Below, piece after piece: positions 37,662 through 46,915 of a DNA stretch of 64,000 bases. The notes under the pieces are model-generated. The model had not been told where the DNA came from and searched no databases. It worked only from the letters and a program-made list of their open reading frames with translations. Positions within the stretch are counted from its first letter, which is position 1. Each line of letters starts with the position of its first letter. The translations under genes were made by a program, and so were the position numbers. Source of the DNA: an uncultured Lentisphaeria bacterium (GTDB lineage: Bacteria > Fidelibacterota > UBA8477 > JABMPR01); the NCBI GenBank assembly GCA_964508765.1, contig CAZDVD010000004.1, forward strand, positions 66,784 to 130,783, given 5' to 3'.

Positions 37662-38534
37662 TCAGAAACTTTGAACATCACCGAAGTTATGTAGAGTTAC
37701 CTGATCCTCATCAATCTTAAGTTGGGCAATCCCACTCCCCCCAACGAATAATTCAGCCTCAAATTCTTCACACAAACTCCGAAGTTCCTCGAGCTCAGCT
37801 TGGGCTTCAGGTACATTTTCAATATATACTGAAGAAAGGTACACGCGTTCAGGCTTGAATGACTCAAAGACGCTTATTGTATCACCTGCTGGGGTTTTTT
37901 GACCGCTGAAAAGGACTTGAAAACCGCGTTGCTCCAGGAGGTGTTGAACCATTTTAGCTGGTATATCATGAAGCTCCTCACTCAAAGTAAGAACGAAGGC
38001 TTTACCCTGTGATTTTTCCGGTTTGACGACCACATCCTGGAGTTGAATGATGTCATCACGAATGGTTTGAGAAGCAAGATGCTCCTGAGAAACGCTTAAC
38101 TTTCCATCCATCCATAATTCACCGATTTGATGGAGTACGGGTGTAAGCAAGTCATCATAAATACTAGCTAAATTTTGATTCACCATATACAGACCATTCA
38201 AAACTGTTTTGACTGAGGACTGATCGCAGTAGATAGCTCGATCCAGAATGTAGGGAATGAGTTCAACATAGTCAGCTCGTAATATCTGGTGGCTAAGCTC
38301 AAGATTCAGCTGGTTGTCCAGAGGTAACAGGGACAAGCGTTGTGAATACTTCTCATGCTCCATGGCAAAGGCGGCAAGATGTCTCAGTAAGAATTTTCTA
38401 TGCCCACCAGCAGTTTTGACACAGTCCAGTTTACCGGAATCTGTCCATCGCTTTACTGTGGCGACATTCACACCAAGGATTTTGGCAACATCAACGCTGC
38501 TGATTAAAGAGGTACTATTGGCAGTTTTTTGCAT
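37662..38534 (-). CDS. HTH (excisionase/MerR-like) transcriptional regulator with a CarH/LitR-like cobalamin-binding domain
   Basis: 290 aa with the N-terminal HTH VDVAKILGVNVATVKRWTDSGKL. The central B12-binding_2 signature is LTPVLHQIGELWMDGKLSVSQEHLAS. A Rossmann B12-binding region follows, with an ELHDIP variant of the DxHxxG motif. Confidence 0.6.
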   Translation of the reverse strand: MQKTANSTSLISSVDVAKILGVNVATVKRWTDSGKLDCVKTAGGHRKFLLRHLAAFAMEHEKYSQRLSLLPLDNQLNLELSHQILRADYVELIPYILDRAIYCDQSSVKTVLNGLYMVNQNLASIYDDLLTPVLHQIGELWMDGKLSVSQEHLASQTIRDDIIQLQDVVVKPEKSQGKAFVLTLSEELHDIPAKMVQHLLEQRGFQVLFSGQKTPAGDTISVFESFKPERVYLSSVYIENVPEAQAELEELRSLCEEFEAELFVGGSGIAQLKIDEDQVTLHNFGDVQSF

Positions 38535-38575
38535 CTATCATCATTCCTGTTCGGTTTCAAAATAACCCGTTAGAC

Positions 38576-40843
38576 TTAAATTTCTGCACTTATTCCAATG
38601 GTGGGCAAAATCCCAAAACCCTGGTTCTCCGAAACCTCACCCGTATTTGGATCAAAAGCGGGGGCAGAAGATGATTTGCGGTTATAAACATTCTGTACAT
38701 CAATGTAAGTAATCAAACCCCAACCGTTATTGGCCCAACGACGATCCAGACGCACATCGAGATTATGGTTTGCATCCAACCGGAGTGCATTATATGCCTC
38801 GGTCATCTGAACTCCTGAATCATTGAGGGGTGTGTAGGGTCGACCAGAAGCATAGCGGAACTTGGCACTGAACTCCCATTTCTCATTGAATACATATCCA
38901 CCACCCAGATTCATGATCCAGGTCTGATCAAAACTTCCTGGACGCTCAATACCATCCAGAGCCGTAAACATGGACTGGTTATAGCTCATACTGATAGTAC
39001 CATAGTAGGGAACCTCAGACATTTTCTTCTGGACAAAGAATTCCAGTCCACGTGCCCAGCCTGTTCCTTCACTACTGAGAGGATCAACACCAAAGGATGC
39101 AAAACCTTCCGTTGAGCCACCAAAGCCAGCACCTGTATTCACCATAACGAGATAATCTCGAGTTAGACTTACTGGATACTTACGATACTGTTTCGTATAT
39201 GCTTCCAGAGTGACTTTTGTATCTGAACGCCAGAGATACTCCAAACCCAGAACGAGTTGATCGGCCTGAATGGGATCAAGATCTCGGTTGCTCTCATTGG
39301 AGACCAACCAGATCGTGCTGGGGAATTGGTTATATCTCCCAATACTGGTTGATACGCTCACATCACCACTTAGCTTGTAGTTCATGGAAAAGCGGGGTGA
39401 CAAAACTGGATCTGTATTTAAAAAGGTTGAGTGGTCTGCTCTTAGACCGGCTGTATAGTTAAATCGGAAAAAGCGCTGGGATAATTGAGTATAAACACCG
39501 GATTTATAACCCACCTTCGCATACTCCTCTTCAATGCTCAAGGTACCAATACCCGGAACGTCATTTTGATTGAGAACCAGGTCTGAAGCAAAATCAACTC
39601 TACTCAATTTTGCTCCGGTACTGAGACGGAGTGATTTACTCAGCTTCCAGGTCAAATCTGATTTAAGGGCGGTCTGTCGGTCATAACTGGCATTGCTAAA
39701 AACGGGTGTTAGGTCGGCATTTCTCTGAAGAAAATCATATTCCACATTCACCTGACTCAGGCTTGTGGTAAAAAAACCAGAACTCATTAAATGTCTGTAA
39801 TTGATACCGGCGACGAACTGCTGCTGGTCACTTCCCAATATCTGGCTATTTGAGTTGCGCTGTTCTTTGGTATCATTAAACCACTTCACATTATTCAGAG
39901 CTGCAATACCCAGGAAGGTAATCTGATCAGTCTGATTTAAATCGAAGGTGGCTTTTGTTAAAAAATCCCAGTATTCTGGTACGAAACCAAAACCTGCAGC
40001 TTTAAACAAAAAATCAAGATAGCTACGTCGTGCTGAGAAAAGAAAATTACCATTTTGGGGTAAGGCACCTTCCAGGTTGAATCCAAACTGGCTGGCTGAG
40101 ATGGTTGTTTTTGAAGCGAGTTGGTCGCTGAGACCTTCACGAAGTGAGATGTCCAGGACAGAGCTGAGACGATCACCATATTTGGCAGTAAAGCCACCTG
40201 TGGAGAATGATGTTTCATCAACAAAATCCAGATTTACATAACTCTGCGGACCTCCACTGGCACCCTGAGTTCCAAAGTGATTGATGTTAGGTACTTCAAT
40301 ATTGTCAATAATATAGAGGTTTTCACTGGGGGCTCCACCACGAACAATGAGGTCATTCCGACCACCATCAGCCTGGGCAACACCAGGAAGAATAGAGATC
40401 GCACGAACGACATCTTCAAATCCACCAGGAAGTCTTCTAATCTCTTCACTTGATTGGACCTGAGTGCTGGAGGGTGTATCGGGGCTTTTTGTGAAATATT
40501 CTGCAACTACAACTGTGGCTTCCAGCTCGAGAATGGTTTCCTGTAATTCAATATTGATAACAGCGGGTCTATTTGATTTTACCACGACATCACTCATGAT
40601 ACGTGATTTATAACCGATGTAATCCACTCTCAAACGATATGTACCAACGGATACGGACTGGATATAAAAATTGCCATCAATATCTGTTGCTGATCCGCGG
40701 TTCGCGTCTTCTACAATGACATTTGCTCCAATAATAGGCTGTTGAGTCATTTCATCAATCACCTTACCCTGTATGGAACTGCTCCCCTGGCCAAAGAGGG
40801 TTGTAGCGCTTAATATGATGATACTGAACAGTAGGTTTTTCAT
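38576..40843 (-). CDS. TonB-dependent receptor with an N-terminal carboxypeptidase-regulatory-like domain
   Basis: Likely start MKNLLFSIIILSATTLFGQ at 40843 (the ORF track extends to 40930). The plug motifs are IRRLPGG..DVVRAISILPGV...GGRNDLIVRGG...NLYIIDNIEV, followed by a long C-terminal beta-barrel. Confidence 0.8.
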   Translation of the reverse strand: MKNLLFSIIILSATTLFGQGSSSIQGKVIDEMTQQPIIGANVIVEDANRGSATDIDGNFYIQSVSVGTYRLRVDYIGYKSRIMSDVVVKSNRPAVINIELQETILELEATVVVAEYFTKSPDTPSSTQVQSSEEIRRLPGGFEDVVRAISILPGVAQADGGRNDLIVRGGAPSENLYIIDNIEVPNINHFGTQGASGGPQSYVNLDFVDETSFSTGGFTAKYGDRLSSVLDISLREGLSDQLASKTTISASQFGFNLEGALPQNGNFLFSARRSYLDFLFKAAGFGFVPEYWDFLTKATFDLNQTDQITFLGIAALNNVKWFNDTKEQRNSNSQILGSDQQQFVAGINYRHLMSSGFFTTSLSQVNVEYDFLQRNADLTPVFSNASYDRQTALKSDLTWKLSKSLRLSTGAKLSRVDFASDLVLNQNDVPGIGTLSIEEEYAKVGYKSGVYTQLSQRFFRFNYTAGLRADHSTFLNTDPVLSPRFSMNYKLSGDVSVSTSIGRYNQFPSTIWLVSNESNRDLDPIQADQLVLGLEYLWRSDTKVTLEAYTKQYRKYPVSLTRDYLVMVNTGAGFGGSTEGFASFGVDPLSSEGTGWARGLEFFVQKKMSEVPYYGTISMSYNQSMFTALDGIERPGSFDQTWIMNLGGGYVFNEKWEFSAKFRYASGRPYTPLNDSGVQMTEAYNALRLDANHNLDVRLDRRWANNGWGLITYIDVQNVYNRKSSSAPAFDPNTGEVSENQGFGILPTIGISAEI

Positions 40844-41078
40844 GGTAAATCTCCGATAATCAAGGTCAAATCTGTCATTTTTATTCTGCATACATGACGA
40901 ATATAGACATGATTTATCCGAACGCAACAAAAAAGAGCGTTATGCGCGTTTTGTTTTAACAACCACAAACGGGAACGCCCTGTTGCAGTTGTTTTCACGC
41001 CTTTTTGCTACTGCATGGATTGCGCGTTTTGTCTGTGTATCATAGATTATTGAAGAGAAGTGTACTTAATGGAGCTGC

Positions 41079-42380
41079 TTAAGCGCTTGTAGGCGCTTCA
41101 ACTTTATAGATAAACACCAGTAGTCCAGCCGCAACCAAACTCAGACTAAGGGTATAGAGTGGAATGGTTCCGAATGATTCAACGATAAGACCGGCGACTG
41201 AAATGTATACAACGATAAAAGGTGCTACTGCTGTATCCAGAGCAGCGTAATACAGTTTTCGGTCTCCCAGTTCTCCAGCAAACTCATAAACAAAGACCAT
41301 AAAGGAAGACTGACCAGCCCCAAACCCCATGCCCACAAAGAGGAAGGCGAGGTAGGCCATCCATGGCTCTGTAGCCAGGATCGCTGTGAGACCTGCCAGG
41401 AAATGACCAATAAAGAATCCGCTGATGGCCATCTTGCGACCAAAGATGTCGCCAATATATCCAAACACAATGTTGAAGATGGCCTGGCCCACAACCAGAA
41501 AGAAGGTGAAGGTACCCGCTGAACTCAGAGGCAAATCAAACCTGTTTTGTAAATCAACACCATAAAAAGCCAGGGGCATCATGGTCGCTGCTGCCAAGGC
41601 TCGGCTGAAAATATAATTACGGAAATTCCTGTCCTGAGTGTAGATCGTTTTTAAGCGTGTCCACCAGTGATCAACGAGTTCTTTCTTTGCTAACGGAGGA
41701 TGAATAACCCTCATGAAGATGAAAAAGATATTCCCCACGAGTATGGCCAGGGTCATAATAAGAAAGGCCACGCCAAAATTGCTGGGGAAGCTTAAGGATT
41801 CTAGGGAAAGGACTTCTTTCAGAACGTACCCTCCCACCATCCCAAGTATGGCATTCACTGTAAAGGTGATCCCGAAAAATCTTCCTCGACGACCTGCCAC
41901 TGTCACAGAAGCTAAAAAATCAGCCCAAACGGGAACCAGAAACCCCACCCCCAATGACCAGATAACCCACAGTATCAAATAAACCATGATTCCGGTCTGG
42001 CCAACAAACTCAAAATAGTAGAACGCCAGACCTATCAGAAATGCAATAGGAGCCATGGCAAAATGTAAACCCACATTGAGCTCTTTAATTCGCGTTGAAC
42101 CACGAAAAAGATTAGCTGAGAGCAACTGGGGAAGGGCAACGAGTAAGATAAACCCTCCCGGTATCAAGCCAATGATGAAGGCAGAAGCGCCCATTTGGGC
42201 AAGAAACATGGGAATGACTGAATTCATATTGTGAAAAGCCATAGCAAAGCCCCACAAACCCTCACCGCTTGCATTGAGAACCGTATTGCGTGTATGAATC
42301 TGTTGTGGGTTGGTACTCCTCATGCCTGGAATATAATCGGCACGGCGAATCAAATAATATTTTGATTTGATGCTCTGCAA
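41079..42380 (-). CDS. MFS transporter
   Basis: 433 aa with 12 predicted TM helices and MFS-type loop motifs. Confidence 0.75.
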   Translation of the reverse strand: MQSIKSKYYLIRRADYIPGMRSTNPQQIHTRNTVLNASGEGLWGFAMAFHNMNSVIPMFLAQMGASAFIIGLIPGGFILLVALPQLLSANLFRGSTRIKELNVGLHFAMAPIAFLIGLAFYYFEFVGQTGIMVYLILWVIWSLGVGFLVPVWADFLASVTVAGRRGRFFGITFTVNAILGMVGGYVLKEVLSLESLSFPSNFGVAFLIMTLAILVGNIFFIFMRVIHPPLAKKELVDHWWTRLKTIYTQDRNFRNYIFSRALAAATMMPLAFYGVDLQNRFDLPLSSAGTFTFFLVVGQAIFNIVFGYIGDIFGRKMAISGFFIGHFLAGLTAILATEPWMAYLAFLFVGMGFGAGQSSFMVFVYEFAGELGDRKLYYAALDTAVAPFIVVYISVAGLIVESFGTIPLYTLSLSLVAAGLLVFIYKVEAPTSA

Positions 42381-42416
42381 TGAAAGATTGGGACACGAAG
42401 CAAAAAAAGGAAAGAT

Positions 42417-43055
42417 ATGTCCATCTTCATAGATTCAACAGATCTGACACATGTTAAAAAAGCGCTTGAGCAAGGATGGGTTAAGGGTATTACGACCAAC
42501 CCGCTGCTTCTGGCTCAATCTAGTCTGGAAACCTCCGCATTGCTCAAGGCACTCAAGCAGCTGAGTGATGGACCCATTTTTTACCAACTAACATCAAACT
42601 CCTTTGACTCATCTATTACAGAAGCCCATCAAGCCCTGGATATCCTTGAAAAACAGTTGGTGGTTAAATTGCCACCCACCGATCTGGGCTTTCGATTGTG
42701 TGCAGAGTTGTCATCCCGAATGGTCTGCTGTCCCACAGCTATCTACGCACCCGCTCAAGCCCTGGTTGCCCGTGAGGCTGGCGCTCAGTATCTGGCTGTT
42801 TATGTTAATCGCGCGACTCGCCTCATGGGTGATGGAATCAAATTGATTGAGGATATTGCTGTGATTTTAGAGGGTAGCTCAACCCGGCTTCTCGCTGCCA
42901 GTCTGAAATCATCAGAAGAAACCAGCCAGGCATTTGCCGCTGGAGCAGATGATTTGACGCTGCCCTATCAAACCCTCCTGGAAATGACAAAGCATCCTCT
43001 GAGCGAGGAGGCCATTAAGCAGTTCCAAAGTAAGGGTACCGGTATAGTCGGATAG
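42417..43055 (+). CDS. transaldolase family protein (fructose-6-phosphate aldolase/TalC-like)
   Basis: 212 aa. MSIFIDSTDLTHVKKALEQGWVKGITTNPLL is the hallmark N-terminus of FSA/short transaldolases, and the Schiff-base Lys region VKLPPT is present. Confidence 0.8.
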   Translation: MSIFIDSTDLTHVKKALEQGWVKGITTNPLLLAQSSLETSALLKALKQLSDGPIFYQLTSNSFDSSITEAHQALDILEKQLVVKLPPTDLGFRLCAELSSRMVCCPTAIYAPAQALVAREAGAQYLAVYVNRATRLMGDGIKLIEDIAVILEGSSTRLLAASLKSSEETSQAFAAGADDLTLPYQTLLEMTKHPLSEEAIKQFQSKGTGIVG

Positions 43056-43127
43056 GTTCTTAGCCGGTAGTGGCAGGGTCGGATTGCAATCCGACCTTAC
43101 ATCTGATAGTTCGCCACAAATCCTTAC

Positions 43128-44036
43128 CTAAACCAGGCCTAATAGGATAGAACGATACTTGCTCTCTGCATCATCAGAGCGGCTCACAAGAAGAATGGGC
43201 ACACGGGCTCCAACAATGACTCCTCCAATTTTGCAACCCCCCAAAACGGAGAGCCCTTTCACAAGATGATTGGCTGCTGTCGTATTGGGCATAAGGAAGA
43301 CATCGATCTCCCCCGATATTTCAGAATCCAGACCTTTTTTCATGGCTGCCTTTTTGGAGAGAGCGACGTCTGGTGCAATGGGTCCTTCGATAGAAACCCT
43401 TTTTGATAAGTTCTTAACCACATTCTGAGCGACAACCGTCTCAGGAATTTTATCACTCACATTCTCCACGAGAGTCATCATTCCAAAACGCGGGTCATCA
43501 ATACCAAGTTGCTTCAAGTATTGAGTGTTATTTACTATCATTTGTTCAAAAACATGCTCATCGAGATGAAGATTTATACCGCCGTCACTAATGAAGAGAA
43601 GCTTGTGATAATAGGGAGATTCGATGACAGCAATATGGTTCAGCAGTTCACCCTGACGTAAACCTGTCTCCTTATCTAGGATGGCCCTTAACAATTCACC
43701 TGTCTGAATCCTGCCCTTCATCAACAGATCAGCCCGGCCAGCATGAATGTGCTTGATTGCATCATCAGCTGGATTTTGACTATCTACGATTTCAAAAGCT
43801 GCTACATCCGGTGGAATAAGTGATTCAATTTTTCGGGCATCCCCAAATAGTATGAATTGAGCAAGACCTTCTTCCTGGGCGCGTGTGGCTACTTGAATGA
43901 GTACTGGATCTTCAGCAGCAACAACAGCAACCCGCTTAGGTGTGGCGTCTTTGACTAATTGATGAAGTTCTTGGAAACTGGATATCATATTTCGTTGCGT
44001 GTGTTGTGTATGAGCCGAAGATCTCAACAAGCTCAA
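43128..44036 (-). CDS. phosphate acetyl/butyryltransferase (PTA_PTB family)
   Basis: 302 aa. RVAVVAAEDPVLIQVATRAQEEGLAQFILFGD matches the Pta/Ptb N-terminus. The probable true start is the internal Met (MISSFQEL, ~43988). Confidence 0.75.
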   Translation of the reverse strand: MSLLRSSAHTQHTQRNMISSFQELHQLVKDATPKRVAVVAAEDPVLIQVATRAQEEGLAQFILFGDARKIESLIPPDVAAFEIVDSQNPADDAIKHIHAGRADLLMKGRIQTGELLRAILDKETGLRQGELLNHIAVIESPYYHKLLFISDGGINLHLDEHVFEQMIVNNTQYLKQLGIDDPRFGMMTLVENVSDKIPETVVAQNVVKNLSKRVSIEGPIAPDVALSKKAAMKKGLDSEISGEIDVFLMPNTTAANHLVKGLSVLGGCKIGGVIVGARVPILLVSRSDDAESKYRSILLGLV

Positions 44037-44087
44037 TTATCGGCCAAATCTGAACATTGAGCTTGTCGAAATATCTGATTCTATAAA

Positions 44088-44687
44088 TTATTCTCCCAGA
44101 AAGGAGCGAATACCAAATTTTATGAGCAGTTGCTGAGTATCGATATCGTTGACATCAGTACCTTTTTCGAAATTGTACTCTGCCTCAACTGTGAGACCCA
44201 CATTTTTTGCGAGATTTAATAAGAGACCAGCACTGGCAACCAGACCGAGCTCAGATTCATCCCTGAAAATTTCATCATCATTATAGAGAGTTTTATTCAC
44301 GAGGTAGTTTGCACCCCCTTTGATAAAGGGGGTTAGTTCGCTATTTTTTCCACCGAAAAAGAAATATACCCTTGGTCCAAGTGACAGGGTGACATTTTCA
44401 AGAACATTGGGATCGTCCTCATCACCGCTTTCATCCATTTCCTTTCCATAGCCCAGATCAATTCCAGCTGCAAACTGGGGAAACAAAAATAAAGCGATAT
44501 CAGAATTGATGCCCCATACTGAGGATCTCAAGTCCTCACTCAGATCCGTTTGATAAGATCCTGTTCCTGAGATCATAATAGTTCCAGAGCCCCGGGATGT
44601 TGAATAGCTTGATTGAGCAAACGCTGCGGTGGCGAATGTCAAAACAGTGAGTGTCATAAAGATTTTTTTCATATTTTTCTCCTTCAT
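44088..44687 (-). CDS. outer-membrane beta-barrel protein (OmpW/porin-like)
   Basis: 199 aa with a signal peptide (MKKIFMTLTVLTFATAAFA). It shows the alternating amphipathic beta-strand pattern and a C-terminal aromatic-rich terminal strand. Confidence 0.5.
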   Translation of the reverse strand: MKEKNMKKIFMTLTVLTFATAAFAQSSYSTSRGSGTIMISGTGSYQTDLSEDLRSSVWGINSDIALFLFPQFAAGIDLGYGKEMDESGDEDDPNVLENVTLSLGPRVYFFFGGKNSELTPFIKGGANYLVNKTLYNDDEIFRDESELGLVASAGLLLNLAKNVGLTVEAEYNFEKGTDVNDIDTQQLLIKFGIRSFLGE

Positions 44688-44784
44688 TAACCAGTACTAA
44701 TTAAAATCCACAAAAAGTAGCCTGTCTTCAATGTTTATATGTGATGGTGATCATTTTTTATCTGAGTTGTGATTTCAAACACAA

Positions 44785-45126
44785 TTAGTCCCAATTCTCA
44801 CTTCTGAACTTGTTTATGCGCACATCCGTTCTGGTGAGCAAGCCTTCCTTGAGCATGGGCTCGATTTGATCAACAAAACTGTCAATTTTTGGAATCCTTC
44901 CAACAAACTCCAGCAGAAGAGGTAAATTATCGGACATGCGGAGGATTTTCATTGAATGAATCTCACCATGTGCGCCAAAACCTTCTCTACCCCGAATGAC
45001 AGTGCCGCCAGATAATCCATTCTCCAGAGCTATTTCCAGAAGGAGCTCATATAAAGCGCGACCCTCATATTTATCATCCTCTCCAATAAATATGCACAAC
45101 TTTTGTCCGGTATAATCTTCATTCAT
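44785..45126 (-). CDS. DUF190 (COG1993, P-II-like fold) protein
   Basis: 113 aa. KLCIFIGEDDKYEGRALYELLLEIALENGLSGGTVIRGREGFGAHG...NLPLLLEFVG is the DUF190 pattern. It is a paralogue of the N-terminal domain of the next gene. Confidence 0.7.
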   Translation of the reverse strand: MNEDYTGQKLCIFIGEDDKYEGRALYELLLEIALENGLSGGTVIRGREGFGAHGEIHSMKILRMSDNLPLLLEFVGRIPKIDSFVDQIEPMLKEGLLTRTDVRINKFRSENWD

Positions 45127-45283
45127 GATGTTCCCTGCAAACTCTAAAAAGGTTCAAAAAACTTCACAACAATTTGCACGAATGATACGAATCTAAAACA
45201 ATAAATCAAATTACTTCATTGGTTTCTTTAGATTTTTTGTAGAACAAGGGAATTGTATATCAAAGATTGTTTTTTGTGTTTAA

Positions 45284-46498
45284 TCACTTTTTAAATAGCT
45301 CTGAAAAATAATTTTTCATATCTTCTTCTTTGTTATCCTTATCCTGAATCTTCTGGTCTTTACTGGCACTTTCACCCTGTTCATCCCCCGATGAATCAAC
45401 CGGCTCTTTATCCGAAGTTGTTTTACCCACAGAATCTATATCTGTGTCAACCATACTGGCCCCGCCGACCTCTTTAAGCATATCGTCAAAAGTGCTTTCA
45501 AATTTCTCGTTACGCTCATCAAATAACTTGTCAATATCTTCTTCTGTCTTCGGTTCTGCAGATTCAGTTCCATTAGATTTATCCTCCACGGTTCCGTGTG
45601 AGTCATCCATTTCGAACTTGTCCGCACTACTTTCTTCAGCCTGCGTTTCACTCATATCTGTCAATTGGTATACTGGATCGTCTTCATTAGGTCCTTCATC
45701 AGGTCCTTCATCAATAAATGAATCTCTTTCAGCATCAGGAGCATCATTCACAGCATTTTCTTGGATATGATTGTCATCCATCGAAGTATCTGGTTCGTCC
45801 TCATCTCCCTCCGCTCCAACAAATGAATCCCCTGCAACGGGGGGATCAGGAACCTCTTTTACTTCATCTTCACGAATGCTCTCTGGGTCTGTATCCAAAG
45901 ATTCAAAGGCAGGGCTGGAATTGTCGTCGTCATCCTCAAATGAAGGAATCTCGATATGAGGTTCAGCGGTATCAACCTCGTCTTCCTCTGTCGTCTGATC
46001 CTGATCCAGTTCAAGAAATTCAGATTCACTTTTTTTATCTTTATCCACCTTAAATTCCTGGCCTGGTGGGTGTGAGTCGGGGATGTCTGCCCCTTCAACA
46101 TCTTCATCAAATATTTGTGATTGATCCTCGTTTTCCTGGTCTTGAAAATCGGTAGTGTCTTCATCGGTTGAGTTGAATTTGGTGATCCGGACATCTGTTC
46201 TGGTAAAAAGCCCATCTTTTATCATCGGTTGAATACGTTCGATATATCTATCAATTCTATTCGTCATGCCCTGAAATTCCAAAACCACAGGTAAGTTTTC
46301 AGAGGACCTAAGGATCTTTAGCCTGGTGGATTCATCCTGAGCTCCAAAAAAACCTTTATCCCCTATGGTGACAGTGCCACCTGACAAACGGCTATTGAAG
46401 GCAATCTCTAAAAGCAGTTCATAAAGAACGATGCCTTCATACTTATCGTTTTTACTGATAAAAATACAGAGCTTCTCGCCTGGGTAATCTTCATGCAT
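45284..46498 (-). CDS. DUF190 (P-II-like) domain fused to a ~290-aa poly-acidic low-complexity C-terminal tail
   Basis: 404 aa. The first ~110 aa are paralogous to the protein at 44785-45126 (KLCIFISKNDKYEGIVLYELLLEIAF...GGTVTIGDKGFFG...NLPVVLEFQG). The remainder is D/E/S/T-rich with no TM segment or motif. Confidence 0.65.
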   Translation of the reverse strand: MHEDYPGEKLCIFISKNDKYEGIVLYELLLEIAFNSRLSGGTVTIGDKGFFGAQDESTRLKILRSSENLPVVLEFQGMTNRIDRYIERIQPMIKDGLFTRTDVRITKFNSTDEDTTDFQDQENEDQSQIFDEDVEGADIPDSHPPGQEFKVDKDKKSESEFLELDQDQTTEEDEVDTAEPHIEIPSFEDDDDNSSPAFESLDTDPESIREDEVKEVPDPPVAGDSFVGAEGDEDEPDTSMDDNHIQENAVNDAPDAERDSFIDEGPDEGPNEDDPVYQLTDMSETQAEESSADKFEMDDSHGTVEDKSNGTESAEPKTEEDIDKLFDERNEKFESTFDDMLKEVGGASMVDTDIDSVGKTTSDKEPVDSSGDEQGESASKDQKIQDKDNKEEDMKNYFSELFKK

Positions 46499-46516
46499 AT
46501 TTGAATTCCATTTTCA

Positions 46517-46915
46517 TCACCACAACTTAGCGATACTAACCCCAGCCCACACGGCAATAAGTGTCCCAACAATATTGGCAAGAATATTCAAACCAGCAAA
46601 CATCCACTCTCCATTTCGCATGAGATTGAGTGTCTCTAAAGAGAAGGTTGAATAGGTGGTAAACGCACCTAGCACACCAACTAGGAGAAACAATCTCATC
46701 TCCTGATTTACAATCATCTTTTCCAGAAAAAGCGTGGCAAAGAGTCCCAGAACAAAACTACCCAACAGGTTAACAGATAAGGTCCCCAGGGGGAATCTGT
46801 CGCTCAATTTCTGAGCCAGACCACTGATCCAATAACGTCCGACAGCACCCAAAAATCCACCCAGGCCAATAGCAATAATTTTACTCATATCCATCATTTT
46901 ATTGCTCCACTTCAT
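46517..46915 (-). CDS. crcB: fluoride channel CrcB/Fluc
   Basis: 132 aa with 4 TM helices. Motifs GGFLGAVGRY, GTLSVNLLGSFVLG and GVLGAFTTYSTFSLE match the CrcB signature. Confidence 0.85.
   Translation of the reverse strand: MKWSNKMMDMSKIIAIGLGGFLGAVGRYWISGLAQKLSDRFPLGTLSVNLLGSFVLGLFATLFLEKMIVNQEMRLFLLVGVLGAFTTYSTFSLETLNLMRNGEWMFAGLNILANIVGTLIAVWAGVSIAKLW

Noticed and set aside
40844-41078. Cobalamin riboswitch upstream of the TonB-dependent receptor
   Set aside because: No B12-box-like (GCCACUG) or conserved core elements were recognised by eye on the sense strand.
45436-46215. Five overlapping ORFs on both strands inside the DUF190 acidic-tail gene
   Set aside because: They are artefacts of the GA/TC-rich low-complexity coding sequence. 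They are serine- or arginine-rich translations with no start context.
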